A stretch of 64,000 nucleotides of DNA, from assembly GCA_002189035.1 (NCBI GenBank), contig NEEC01000042.1, positions 62,001 to 126,000 of the forward strand, written 5' to 3'. Both the position numbers and the translations under genes were made by a program. Source of the DNA: Utricularia gibba (Eukaryota > Plantae > Magnoliophyta). Of this stretch, positions 47,409-59,964 are shown piece by piece. The notes below the pieces were generated by a model that was given only the letters and a program-made list of their open reading frames with translations, searched no databases and was not told the DNA's origin. Numbering within the stretch: position 1 is the first letter of the stretch; the number at the start of each line of letters is the position of its first letter.

Positions 47409-50400
47409 CTTGGTCCGGGCCCCTGATTCTTTATGGCTCATGAGGACAAAAGGATGCAAATCGATGAATACAATGATGCAATTGTTTAAATTACGATATC
47501 ACGTGCACCCTACATGATTTTTTCAACAACTTACTTTATACTTGAGGAGGTGGTCTTGGGGGCAAGAGGAACCGGACAAAGGTCAGCTTATGCTTGGGTC
47601 GAAAGTAAGTTTAGCCTGACAAAGAAAGTGATCTATTTATTAACGTTCGGTTTTCGGGGCTACCTACATGGTTTTTCAAGGAACCGCTTCTCGTTTTGTG
47701 GCGGCCAGTCTCGCTGGGAACTTGGTCCTTTACCCCGATTCTGTATGGCTCATGAGGTCAACCGAATGCAAATCGATTAAAAAAAATGATGCATTTGTTT
47801 AAATTGCGATATGACGTGCACCCCACATGATTTTTTTCAACAACTTACTTTATACTTGGGAGGCGGTCTTGGGGTGCACCTGGAACGGGACAAAGGTAAG
47901 GTTTGGCTAGCGCCGAGAGTTAGTTGTAGCCCGACAAATAAAGTGATAAATTTGATATCGTTCGGTTTTCAGGGGCTACCTACATGGTTTTTCAAGGAAC
48001 CGCTTCTCGTTTTGTGGCGGCCAGTCTCGCTGGGAACTTGGTCTTTGACCCCGATTCTGTATGGCTCATGAGGTCAACCGGATGCAAATCGATTAAAAAA
48101 AATGATGCATTTGTTTAAATTGCGGTATGACGTGCACCCCACATGATTTTTTTCAACAACTTACTTTATACTTCAGGAGGCGGTCTTGGGGTGCACCTGG
48201 AACGGGACAAAGGTCAGCTTAGGCTTGGGCAGAAAGTAAGTTGTAGCCCGCCAAAGAAAGTGATGTATTTATTATCGTTTGGTTTTCGGGGGCTGCCTAC
48301 ATGGTTTTTCAAGGAACCGCTTCTCGTTTTGTGGCGGCCAGTCTCGCTGGGAACTTGGTCCTTGACCCCGATTCTGTATGGCTCATGAGGTCAACCGGAT
48401 GCAAATCGATTAAAAAAATGATGCATTTGTTTAAATTGCGATATCACGTGCACCCCACCTGATTTTTTCAACAACTTACTTTATACTTGAGGAGGCGGTC
48501 TTGGGACAGCTGGAACGGACAAAGGTAAGGTTTGGCTTGCGCCGAGAGTTAGTTGTAGCCCGACAAATAAAGTGATAAATTTGATATCGTTCGGTTTTCG
48601 GGGGCTTCCTACATGGTTTTTCAAGGAACCGCTTCTCGTTTTGTGGCGGCCAGTCTCGCTGGGAACTTGGTCCTTGACCCCGATTCTGTATGGCTCATGA
48701 GGTCAACCGGATGCAAATCGATTAAAAAAAATGATGCATTTGTTTAAATTGCGATATGACGTGCACCCCACATGATTTTTTCAACAACTTACTTTATACT
48801 TCAGGAGGCGGTCTTGGGGCACCTGGAACGGGACAAAGGTCAGCTTAGGCTTGGGCAGAAAGTAAGTTGTAGCCCGCAAAGAAAGTGATGTATTTATTAT
48901 CGTTGGTTTTCGGGGGCTGCCTACATGGTTTTTCAAGGAACCGCTTCTCGTTTTGTGCGGCCAGTCTCGCTGGGAACTTGGTCCTTGACCCCGATTCTGT
49001 ATGGCTCATGAGGTCAACCGGATGCAAATCGATTAAAAAAAATGATGCATTTGTTTAAATTGCGATATCACGTGCACCCCACATGATTTTTTCAACAACT
49101 TACTTTATACTTGAGGAGGCGGTCTTGGGGTACAGCTGGAACGGACAAAGGTAAGGTTTGGCTTGCGCCGAGAGTTAGTTGTAGCCCGACAAATAAAGTG
49201 ATAAATTTATATCGTTCGGTTTTCGGGGGCTTCCTACATGGTTTTTCAAGGAACCGCTTCTCGTTTTGTGGCGGCCAGTCTCGCTGGGAACTTGGTCCTT
49301 GACCCCGATTCTGTATGGCTCATGAGGTCAACCGGATGCAAATCGATTAAAAAAATGATGCATTTGTTTAAATTGCGATATCACGTGCACCCCACATGAT
49401 TTTTTCAACAACTTACTTTATACTTGAGGAGGCGTCTTAGGGTGCACCTCGAACAGGACAAAGGTAAGGTTTGGCTTGCGCCGAGAGTTAGTTGTAGCCC
49501 GACAAATAAAGTGATGTATTTATTATCGTTCGGTTTTCGGGGGCTGCCTACATGGTTTTTCAAAGAACCGCTTCTCGTTTTGGCGGCCAGTCTCGCTGGG
49601 AACTTGGTCCTTGACCCCGATTCTGTATGGCTCATGGGTCAACCGGATGCAAATCGAAGAAAAAAAATGATGCATTTGTTTAAATTACGATATCACGTGC
49701 ACCCTACATGATTTTTTCGACAACTTACTTTATACATGGGGAGGCGGTCTTGGGGGTACCTGGAAGCGGAAAATGGTCAGCTTAGGCTTGGGCCGATAGT
49801 AAGTTGTAGCCCGGCAAGGAAAGTGATGTATTTATTATCGTTCGGTTTTTGGGGGCTGCCTACATGGTTTTTCAAGGAACATCTTCTCTTTTGTGGCGGC
49901 CGCTCTCGCTGGGAACTTGGTCCGGGCCCCTGATTCTCTTTGGCTCATGAGGACAAAAGGATGCAAATCGATGAATACAATGATGCATTTGTTTCAATTA
50001 CGATATCACGTGCACCCCACATGATTTTTTCAACAACTTACTTTATACTTGAGGAGGTGGTCTTGGGGGGCAAGAGGAACCAGACAACGGTCATATTAGG
50101 CTTGGGCCGAAAGTAAGTTGTAGCCCGGCAAAGAAAGTGATGTATTTATTAACGTTCGGTTTTCAGGGTTGCCTACATGGTTTTCCAAGGAAAAGCTTTT
50201 CGTTTTGTGGCGGCCGCTCTCGCTGGGCACTTGGTCCGGGCCCCTAATTCTTTATGGCTCATGAGGACAAAAGGATGCAAATCGATGAAAATAATGATGC
50301 ATTTGTTTAAATTACGATGTCGCGTGCACCCCAAATGATTTTTTAACAACATACTTTATACATGAGGAGGCGGTCTTGGGGGGCACTTGGAACCGGAAAA

Positions 50401-51565
50401 GATCAGCTTAGGCTTGGGCCGAAAGTAAGTTGTAGCCCGGCAAAGAAAGTGATGTATTTATTAACGTTCGGTTTTCGGGGTTGCCTACATGGTTTTTCAA
50501 GGAACAGCTTCTCGTTTTGTGGTGGCCAGTCTCACTAGGAACTTGGTCCGGGCCGCTGATTCTTTATGGCTCATGAGGACAAAAGGATGCAAATCGATGA
50601 ATACAATGATGCATTTGTTTAAATTACGATATCACGTGCACCCCACATCATTTTTTCAACAACGTACTTTATACTTGAAGAGGCGGTCTTGGGGTGCACC
50701 TAGAACGGGACAAAGGTCAGGTTGGGCTTTGCCAGAGAGTTAGTTGTAGCCCGGCAATGAAAGTGATGTATTTATTAACGTTTGGTTTTCGGGGTTGCCT
50801 ACATGGTTTTTCAAGGAAAAGCTTCTCGTTTTGTGGCGGCTGCTCTCGCTGGGAACTTGGTCCGGGCCCCCGATTCTATATGGCTCATGAGGTCAACCAG
50901 ATGCAAATCGATGAATATAATGATGCATTTGTTTAAATTACGATATCACGTGCACCCTACATCATTTTTTCAACAACTTACTTTATACTTGAGCAGGTGG
51001 TCTTGGGGGGCAAGAGGAACAGGACAAAGGTCAGCATAGGCTTTGGCCGAAAGTAAGTTGTAGCCCGGCAAAGAAAGTGATGTATGTATTAACGTTCGGT
51101 TTTCGGGGTTGCTTACATGGTTTTTCAAGGAACAGCTTCTCCTTTAGTGGCGGCCAGTCTCGCTAGGAACTTGGTCCGGGCCCCTGACTCTTTATGGCTC
51201 ATGAGGAGAAAAGGATGCAAATCCATGAATACAATGATGCATTTGTTTAAATTACGATATCACGTGCACCCTACATGATTTTTTCGACAACTTACTTTAT
51301 ACATGGGGAGGCGGTCTTGGGGGTACCTGGAACCGGAAAATGGTCAGCGTAGGCTTGGGCCGATAGTAAGTTGTAGCCCGCAAATAAAGTAATGTATTTA
51401 TTATCGTTCGGTTTTCGGAAGCTGCCTAAATGCTTTTTGAAAGAACATCTTCTCGTTTTATGGCGGCCAGTCTCGCTGGGAACTTGGTCCTTGACCCTGG
51501 TTCTGTATGGCTCATGGGGTGATGAAAAAAAATGATGCATTTGTTTAAATTACGGTATCACGTGC
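47409..51565 (+). repeat. Satellite block between element copies 2 and 3 (partial + 13 monomers + 31 bp)
   Basis: Same monomer landmarks; includes an internal duplicated dimer at about 48105-49357. Confidence 0.95.
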
Positions 51566-52300
51566 CCTGGTTATATTCATATTGTGCATTTTGGTGAGGA
51601 GAGCAGATTCACCATAAGTTTTCTCAACTTCATTACCATCTCTTAGTTCCAATCTCTTTTCTGTAGATTGCAACTCAATCATGAACTCTCTAAATGTTGG
51701 CTCTGGTGTAACAGGATATTCAGGATACAGCTGATGGAGCTTTCCTTCAATAATGTCAAGGATTTTTCTTTCTGTCTCAAGTGCACATAACTTTGGCTCG
51801 AATCTTGCAGGTAGGCTCATGATTGCCTTGCTAATCACCTTTTGATCCTCAAGTTTTTCCCCCAATCCTCGAATCTCCTTCACAAGCTTCGCAGTACGTT
51901 CATAATAGACTTGTATGGTTTCATTGTCTAACATTTTGTTCCTCTCAAAGTCCTCCAGCTTGTTTTTGCATAATATCTCTCTGAGTTTGGCATCGCCTTC
52001 ATAATGGGATTTGAGAGTATCCCATATTTCTTTTGCTGATTGACACTCTGCAATATCATCAAATAGATGTTCAGAGATGGCTTGATACAAGGCATCCATT
52101 GCTTCATCTTTTCTCTGTTGAAGATACTCAGCTTCCTCTTGCTGTTCTGATGTGGATTTGCTTGTTATTGTAATAGCCGGAATCTCCCTTTCAACAACAT
52201 CCCAAATCTTTCTGACCCGAAGGTAGCTGCGCATCTTTTTGACCCAGCTTCCATACTCTGAACCATCAAATATTGGAGGTCCTCTACCAGATGCCATCAT
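51545..52300 (-). CDS. gag: Truncated copia Gag, copy 3
   Basis: Translation identical to copy 1. Confidence 0.88.
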   Translation of the reverse strand: MMASGRGPPIFDGSEYGSWVKKMRSYLRVRKIWDVVEREIPAITITSKSTSEQQEEAEYLQQRKDEAMDALYQAISEHLFDDIAECQSAKEIWDTLKSHYEGDAKLREILCKNKLEDFERNKMLDNETIQVYYERTAKLVKEIRGLGEKLEDQKVISKAIMSLPARFEPKLCALETERKILDIIEGKLHQLYPEYPVTPEPTFREFMIELQSTEKRLELRDGNEVEKTYGESALLTKMHNMNITRARDTVI

Positions 52301-52406
52301 AGCCACCGCTTGACAAGCTTTGGGTTGATACTTGGTAATCTACCAAGTAAAAAACGCTGAACGGTATATAAAATACTGAAACGAACACAGGTTTGAGAAC
52401 CTTACT

Positions 52407-52418
52407 GCTCTGATACCA
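52407..52418 (-). other. PBS (tRNA-iMet), copy 3
   Basis: Plus-strand GCTCTGATACCA. Confidence 0.93.
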
Positions 52419-52743
52419 TGTTGTTGCAAGAAAAATAGAGTCTTGGGAAGTAACAAAAAGGTAATGCTTATGAGATCACCTTGGATGAAAAACGACTCAT
52501 GAACAATAAGAATGACCGAAAACCTAATTGACACGCATTTCTAGTAGGGCTTATATATACCAAATACCTAGGTTACCCAACAGTGGGCCACAATCATTGA
52601 AAACACACAAAAAGCCCAACAACTCGAATCCAACACTTCCATGCTCGAACCCAACACCTTTTTTTATCTGAAATATGACATTATGACACAAGTTTAGTTC
52701 TTCCAATCACCTTCAAGCTTTGGATTGAGGCTGATCTCCAACA
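52419..52743 (-). repeat. LTR, copy 3 (325 bp)
   Basis: Same termini as copy 1. Confidence 0.9.
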
Positions 52744-55338
52744 CTTGGTCCGGGCCCCTGATTCTTTATGGCTCATGAGGACAAAAGGATGCAAATCGAT
52801 GAATACAATGATGCAATTGTTTAAATTACGATATCACGTGCACCCTACATGATTTTTTCAACAACTTACTTTATACTTGAGGAGGTGGTCTTGGGGGCAA
52901 GAGGAACCGGACAAAGGTCAGCTTATGCTTGGGTCGAAAGTAAGTTGTAGCCTGACAAAGAAAGTGATCTATTTATTAACGTTCGGTTTTCGGGGCTACC
53001 TACATGGTTTTTCAAGGAACCGCTTCTCGTTTTGTGGCGGCCAGTCTCGCTGGGAACTTGGTCCTTTACCCCGATTCTGTATGGCTCATGAGGTCAACCG
53101 AATGCAAATCGATTAAAAAAAATGATGCATTTGTTTAAATTGCGATATGACGTGCACCCCACATGATTTTTTTCAACAACTTACTTTATACTTGGGGAGG
53201 CGGTCTTGGGGTGCACCTGGGACAAAGGTAAGGTTTGGCTAGCGCCGAGAGTTAGTTGTAGCCCGACAAATAAAGTGATAAATTTGATATCGTTCGGTTT
53301 TCAGGGGCTACCTACATGGTTTTTCAAGGAACCGCTTCTCGTTTTGTGGCGGCCAGTCTCGCTGGGAACTTGGTCTTTGACCCCGATTCTGTATGGCTCA
53401 TGAGGTCAACCGGATGCAAATCGATTAAAAAAAATGATGCATTTGTTTAAATTGCGGTATGACGTGCACCCCACATGATTTTTTCAACAACTTACTTTAT
53501 ACTTCAGGAGGCGGTCTTGGGGTGCACCTGGAACGGGACAAAGGTCAGCTTAGGCTTGGGCAGAAAGTAAGTTGTAGCCCGCCAAAGAAAGTGATGTATT
53601 TATTATCGTTTGGTTTTCGGGGGCTGCCTACATGGTTTTTCAAGGAACCGCTTCTCGTTTTGTGGCGGCCAGTCTCGCTGGGAACTTGGTCCTTGACCCC
53701 GATTCTGTATGGCTCATGAGGTCAACCGGATGCAAATCGATTAAAAAAAGTGATGCATTTGTTTAAATTGCGATATCACGTGCACCCCACATGATTTTTT
53801 CAACAACTTACTTTATACTTGAGGAGGCGATCTTAGGGTGCACCTCGAACAGGACAAAGGTAAGGTTTGGCTTGCGCCGAGAGTTAGTTGTAGCCCGACA
53901 AATAAAGTGATGTATTTATTATCGTTCGGTTTTCGGGGCTGCCTACATGGTTTTTCAAGGAACCGCTTCTCGTTTTGTGGCGGCCAGTCTCGCTGGGAAC
54001 TTGGTCCTTGACCCCGATTCTGTATGGCTCATGGGGTCAACCGGATGCAAATCGAAGAAAAAAAATGATGCATTTGTTTAAATTACGATATCACGTGCAC
54101 CCTACATGATTTTTTCGACAACTTACTTTATACATGGGAGGCGGTCTTGGGGGTACCTGGAAGCGGAAAATGGTCAGCTTAGGCTTGGGCCGATAGTAAG
54201 TTGTAGCCCGGCAAAGAAAGTGATGTATTTATTAACGTTCGGTTTTCGGGGTTGCCTACATGGTTTTCCAAGGAAAAGCTTTTCGTTTTGTGGTGGCTAG
54301 TCTCGCTGGGAACTTTGTCCTGGACCTCGATTCATTATGTCTTATGAGGTCAACCGGATGCAAATCGATGAAAAAAATTGATGCATTTGTTTAAATTACG
54401 ATATCACGTGCACCCTACATGATTTTTTCAACAACTTACTTTATACTTGAGGAGGTGGTCTTGGGGGGCAAGAGGAACCAGACAACGGTCATATTAGGCT
54501 TGGGCCGAAAGTAAGTTGTAGCCCGGCAAAGAAAGTGATGTATTTATTAACGTTCGGTTTTCAGGGTTGCCTACATGGTTTTCCAAGGAAAAGCTTTTCG
54601 TTTTGTGGCGGCCGCTCTCGCTGGGCACTTGGTCCGGGCCCCTAATTCTTTATGGCTCATGAGGACAAAAGGATGCAAATCGATGAAAATAATGATGCAT
54701 TTGTTTAAATTACGATGTCGCGTGCACCCCAAATGATTTTTTTAACAACATACTTTATACATGAGGAGGCGGTCTTGGGGGCACTTGGAACCGGAAAAAG
54801 ATCAGCTTAGGCTTGGGCCGAAAGTAAGTTGTAGCCCGGCAAAGAAAGTGATGTATTTATTATCGTTCGGTTTTTGGGGTTGCCTACATGGTTTTTCAAG
54901 GAACATCTTCTCGTTTTGTGGTGGCTAGTCTCGCTGGGAACTTGGTCCTTGACCCCGATTCTGTATGGCTCATGGGGTCAACCGGATGCAAATCGAAGAA
55001 AAAAAATGATGCATTTGTTTAAATTACGATATCACGTGCACCCTACATGATTTTTTCGACAACTTACTTTATACATGGGGAGGCGGTCTTGGGGGGTACC
55101 TGGAACCGGAAAATGGTCAGCGTAGGCTTGGGCCGATAGTAAGTTGTAGCCCGACAAATAAAGTAATGTATTTATTATCGTTCGGTTTTCGGAAGCTGCC
55201 TAAATGCTTTTTGAAAGAACATCTTCTCGTTTTATGGCGGCCAGTCTCGCTGGGAACTTGGTCCTTGACCCTGGTTCTGTATGGCTCATGGGTGATGAAA
55301 AAAAATGATGCATTTGTTTAAATTACGGTATCACGTGC
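52744..55338 (+). repeat. Satellite block between element copies 3 and 4 (partial + 8 monomers + 31 bp)
   Basis: Eight monomers of the right-hand subfamily in a fixed order. Confidence 0.95.
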
Positions 55339-56073
55339 CCTGGTTATATTCATATTGTGCATTTTGGTGAGGAGAGCAGATTCACCATAAGTTTTCTCAA
55401 CTTCATTACCATCTCTTAGTTCCAATCTCTTTTCTGTAGATTGCAACTCAATCATGAACTCTCTAAATGTTGGCTCTGGTGTAACAGGATATTCAGGATA
55501 CAGCTGATGGAGCTTTCCTTCAATAATGTCAAGGATTTTTCTTTCTGTCTCAAGTGCACATAACTTTGGCTCGAATCTTGCAGGTAGGCTCATGATTGCC
55601 TTGCTAATCACCTTTTGATCCTCAAGTTTTTCCCCCAATCCTCGAATCTCCTTCACAAGCTTCGCAGTACGTTCATAATAGACTTGTATGGTTTCATTGT
55701 CTAACATTTTGTTCCTCTCAAAGTCCTCCAGCTTGTTTTTGCATAATATCTCTCTGAGTTTGGCATCGCCTTCATAATGGGATTTGAGAGTATCCCATAT
55801 TTCTTTTGCTGATTGACACTCTGCAATATCATCAAATAGATGTTCAGAGATGGCTTGATACAAGGCATCCATTGCTTCATCTTTTCTCTGTTGAAGATAC
55901 TCAGCTTCCTCTTGCTGTTCTGATGTGGATTTGCTTGTTATTGTAATAGCCGGAATCTCCCTTTCAACAACATCCCAAATCTTTCTGACCCGAAGGTAGC
56001 TGCGCATCTTTTTGACCCAGCTTCCATACTCTGAACCATCAAATATTGGAGGTCCTCTACCAGATGCCATCAT
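55318..56073 (-). CDS. gag: Truncated copia Gag, copy 4
   Basis: Translation identical to copy 1. Confidence 0.88.
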   Translation of the reverse strand: MMASGRGPPIFDGSEYGSWVKKMRSYLRVRKIWDVVEREIPAITITSKSTSEQQEEAEYLQQRKDEAMDALYQAISEHLFDDIAECQSAKEIWDTLKSHYEGDAKLREILCKNKLEDFERNKMLDNETIQVYYERTAKLVKEIRGLGEKLEDQKVISKAIMSLPARFEPKLCALETERKILDIIEGKLHQLYPEYPVTPEPTFREFMIELQSTEKRLELRDGNEVEKTYGESALLTKMHNMNITRARDTVI

Positions 56074-56179
56074 AGCCACCGCTTGACAAGCTTTGGGTTG
56101 ATACTTGGTAATCTACCAAGTAAAAAACGCTGAACGGTATATAAAATACTGAAACGAACACAGGTTTGAGAACCTTACT

Positions 56180-56191
56180 GCTCTGATACCA
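56180..56191 (-). other. PBS (tRNA-iMet), copy 4
   Basis: Plus-strand GCTCTGATACCA. Confidence 0.93.
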
Positions 56192-56516
56192 TGTTGTTGC
56201 AAGAAAAATAGAGTCTTGGGAAGTAACAAAAAGGTAATGCTTATGAGATCACCTTGGATGAAAAACGACTCATGAACAATAAGAATGACCGAAAACCTAA
56301 TTGACACGCATTTCTAGTAGGGCTTATATATACCAAATACCTAGGTTACCCAACAGTGGGCCACAATCATTGAAAACACACAAAAAGCCCAACAACTCGA
56401 ATCCAACACTTCCATGCTCGAACCCAACACCTTTTTTTATCTGAAATATGACATTATGACACAAGTTTAGTTCTTCCAATCACCTTCAAGCTTTGGATTG
56501 AGGCTGATCTCCAACA
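56192..56516 (-). repeat. LTR, copy 4 (325 bp)
   Basis: Same termini as copy 1. Confidence 0.9.
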
Positions 56517-59111
56517 CTTGGTCCGGGCCCCTGATTCTTTATGGCTCATGAGGACAAAAGGATGCAAATCGATGAATACAATGATGCAATTGTTTAAATT
56601 ACGATATCACGTGCACCCTACATGATTTTTTCAACAACTTACTTTATACTTGAGGAGGTGGTCTTGGGGGGCAAGAGGAACCGGACAAAGGTCAGCTTAT
56701 GCTTGGGTCGAAAGTAAGTTGTAGCCTGACAAAGAAAGTGATCTATTTATTAACGTTCGGTTTTCGGGGCTACCTACATGGTTTTTCAAGGAACCGCTTC
56801 TCGTTTTGTGGCGGCCAGTCTCGCTGGGAACTTGGTCCTTTACCCCGATTCTGTATGGCTCATGAGGTCAACCGAATGCAAATCGATTAAAAAAAATGAT
56901 GCATTTGTTTAAATTGCGATATGACGTGCACCCCACATGATTTTTTTCAACAACTTACTTTATACTTGGGAGGCGGTCTTGGGGTGCACCTGGAACGGGA
57001 CAAAGGTAAGGTTTGGCTAGCGCCGAGAGTTAGTTGTAGCCCGACAAATAAAGTGATAAATTTGATATCGTTCGGTTTTCAGGGGCTACCTACATGGTTT
57101 TTCAAGGAACCGCTTCTCGTTTTGTGGCGGCCAGTCTCGCTGGGAACTTGGTCTTTGACCCCGATTCTGTATGGCTCATGAGGTCAACCGGATGCAAATC
57201 GATTAAAAAAAATGATGCATTTGTTTAAATTGCGGTATGACGTGCACCCCACATGATTTTTTTCAACAACTTACTTTATACTTCAGGAGGCGGTCTTGGG
57301 GTGCACCTGGAACGGGACAAAGGTCAGCTTAGGCTTGGGCAGAAAGTAAGTTGTAGCCCGCCAAAGAAAGTGATGTATTTATTATCGTTTGGTTTTCGGG
57401 GGCTGCCTACATGGTTTTTCAAGGAACCGCTTCTCGTTTTGTGGCGGCCAGTCTCGCTGGGAACTTGGTCCTTGACCCCGATTCTGTATGGCTCATGAGG
57501 TCAACCGGATGCAAATCGATTAAAAAAATGATGCATTTGTTTAAATTGCGATATCACGTGCACCCCACATGATTTTTTCAACAACTTACTTTATACTTGA
57601 GGAGGCGATCTTAGGGTGCACCTCGAACAGGACAAAGGTAAGGTTTGGCTTGCGCCGAGAGTTAGTTGTAGCCCGACAAATAAAGTGATGTATTTATTAT
57701 CGTTCGGTTTTCGGGGGCTGCCTACATGGTTTTTCAAGGAACCGCTTCTCGTTTTGTGGCGGCCAGTCTCGCTGGGAACTTGGTCCTTGACCCCGATTCT
57801 GTATGGCTCATGGGGTCAACCGGATGCAAATCGAAGAAAAAAATGATGCATTTGTTTAAATTACGATATCACGTGCACCCTACATGATTTTTTCGACAAC
57901 TTACTTTATACATGGGGAGGCGGTCTTGGGGGGTACCTGGAAGCGGAAAATGGTCAGCTTAGGCTTGGGCCGATAGTAAGTTGTAGCCCGGCAAAGAAAG
58001 TGATGTATTTATTAACGTTCGGTTTTCGGGGTTGCCTACATGGTTTTCAAGGAAAAGCTTTTCGTTTTGTGGTGGCAGTCTCGCTGGGAACTTTGTCCTG
58101 GACCCGATTCTTATGTCTTATGAGGTCAACCGGATGCAAATCGATGAAAAAAATGATGCATTTGTTTAAATTACGATATCACGTGCACCCTACATGATTT
58201 TTTCAACAACTTACTTTATACTTGAGGAGGTGGTCTTGGGGGCAAGAGGAACCAGACAAGGTCATATTAGGCTTGGGCCGAAAGTAAGTTGTAGCCCGGC
58301 AAAGAAAGTGATGTATTTATTAACGTTCGGTTTTCAGGGTTGCCTACATGGTTTTCCAAGGAAAAGCTTTTCGTTTTGTGGCGGCCGCTCTCGCTGGGCA
58401 CTTGGTCCGGGCCCCTAATTCTTTATGGCTCATGAGGACAAAAGGATGCAAATCGATGAAAATAATGATGCATTTGTTTAAATTACGATGTCGCGTGCAC
58501 CCCAAATGATTTTTTAACAACATACTTTATACATGAGGAGGCGGTCTTGGGGGGCACTTGGAACCGGAAAAAGATCAGCTTAGGCTTGGGCCGAAAGTAA
58601 GTTGTAGCCCGGCAAAGAAAGTGATGTATTTATTATCGTTCGGTTTTTGGGGTTGCCTACATGGTTTTTCAAGGAACATCTTCTCGTTTTGTGGTGGCTA
58701 GTCTCGCTGGGAACTTGGTCCTTGACCCCGATTCTGTATGGCTCATGGGGTCAACCGGATGCAAATCGAAGAAAAAAAATGATGCATTTGTTTAAATTAC
58801 GATATCACGTGCACCCTACATGATTTTTTCGACAACTTACTTTATACATGGGGAGGCGGTCTTGGGGGTACCTGGAACCGGAAAATGGTCAGCGTAGGCT
58901 TGGGCCGATAGTAAGTTGTAGCCCGACAAATAAAGTAATGTATTTATTATCGTTCGGTTTTCGGAAGCTGCCTAAATGCTTTTTGAAAGAACATCTTCTC
59001 GTTTTATGGCGGCCAGTCTCGCTGGGAACTTGGTCCTTGACCCTGGTTCTGTATGGCTCATGGGGTGATGAAAAAAAATGATGCATTTGTTTAAATTACG
59101 GTATCACGTGC
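56517..59111 (+). repeat. Satellite block between element copies 4 and 5 (partial + 8 monomers + 31 bp)
   Basis: Near-identical to 52744-55338. Confidence 0.95.
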
Positions 59112-59846
59112 CCTGGTTATATTCATATTGTGCATTTTGGTGAGGAGAGCAGATTCACCATAAGTTTTCTCAACTTCATTACCATCTCTTAGTTCCAATC
59201 TCTTTTCTGTAGATTGCAACTCAATCATGAACTCTCTAAATGTTGGCTCTGGTGTAACAGGATATTCAGGATACAGCTGATGGAGCTTTCCTTCAATAAT
59301 GTCAAGGATTTTTCTTTCTGTCTCAAGTGCACATAACTTTGGCTCGAATCTTGCAGGTAGGCTCATGATTGCCTTGCTAATCACCTTTTGATCCTCAAGT
59401 TTTTCCCCCAATCCTCGAATCTCCTTCACAAGCTTCGCAGTACGTTCATAATAGACTTGTATGGTTTCATTGTCTAACATTTTGTTCCTCTCAAAGTCCT
59501 CCAGCTTGTTTTTGCATAATATCTCTCTGAGTTTGGCATCGCCTTCATAATGGGATTTGAGAGTATCCCATATTTCTTTTGCTGATTGACACTCTGCAAT
59601 ATCATCAAATAGATGTTCAGAGATGGCTTGATACAAGGCATCCATTGCTTCATCTTTTCTCTGTTGAAGATACTCAGCTTCCTCTTGCTGTTCTGATGTG
59701 GATTTGCTTGTTATTGTAATAGCCGGAATCTCCCTTTCAACAACATCCCAAATCTTTCTGACCCGAAGGTAGCTGCGCATCTTTTTGACCCAGCTTCCAT
59801 ACTCTGAACCATCAAATATTGGAGGTCCTCTACCAGATGCCATCAT
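59091..59846 (-). CDS. gag: Truncated copia Gag, copy 5
   Basis: Translation identical to copy 1. Confidence 0.88.
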   Translation of the reverse strand: MMASGRGPPIFDGSEYGSWVKKMRSYLRVRKIWDVVEREIPAITITSKSTSEQQEEAEYLQQRKDEAMDALYQAISEHLFDDIAECQSAKEIWDTLKSHYEGDAKLREILCKNKLEDFERNKMLDNETIQVYYERTAKLVKEIRGLGEKLEDQKVISKAIMSLPARFEPKLCALETERKILDIIEGKLHQLYPEYPVTPEPTFREFMIELQSTEKRLELRDGNEVEKTYGESALLTKMHNMNITRARDTVI

Positions 59847-59952
59847 AGCCACCGCTTGACAAGCTTTGGGTTGATACTTGGTAATCTACCAAGTAAAAAA
59901 CGCTGAACGGTATATAAAATACTGAAACGAACACAGGTTTGAGAACCTTACT

Positions 59953-59964
59953 GCTCTGATACCA
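59953..59964 (-). other. PBS (tRNA-iMet), copy 5
   Basis: Plus-strand GCTCTGATACCA. Confidence 0.93.

Larger units (their letters stand above)
51566..52743 (-). mobile_element. Ty1/copia 5' fragment, copy 3
   Basis: Same sequence and junctions as copy 1. Confidence 0.95.
55339..56516 (-). mobile_element. Ty1/copia 5' fragment, copy 4
   Basis: Same sequence and junctions as copy 1. Confidence 0.95.
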
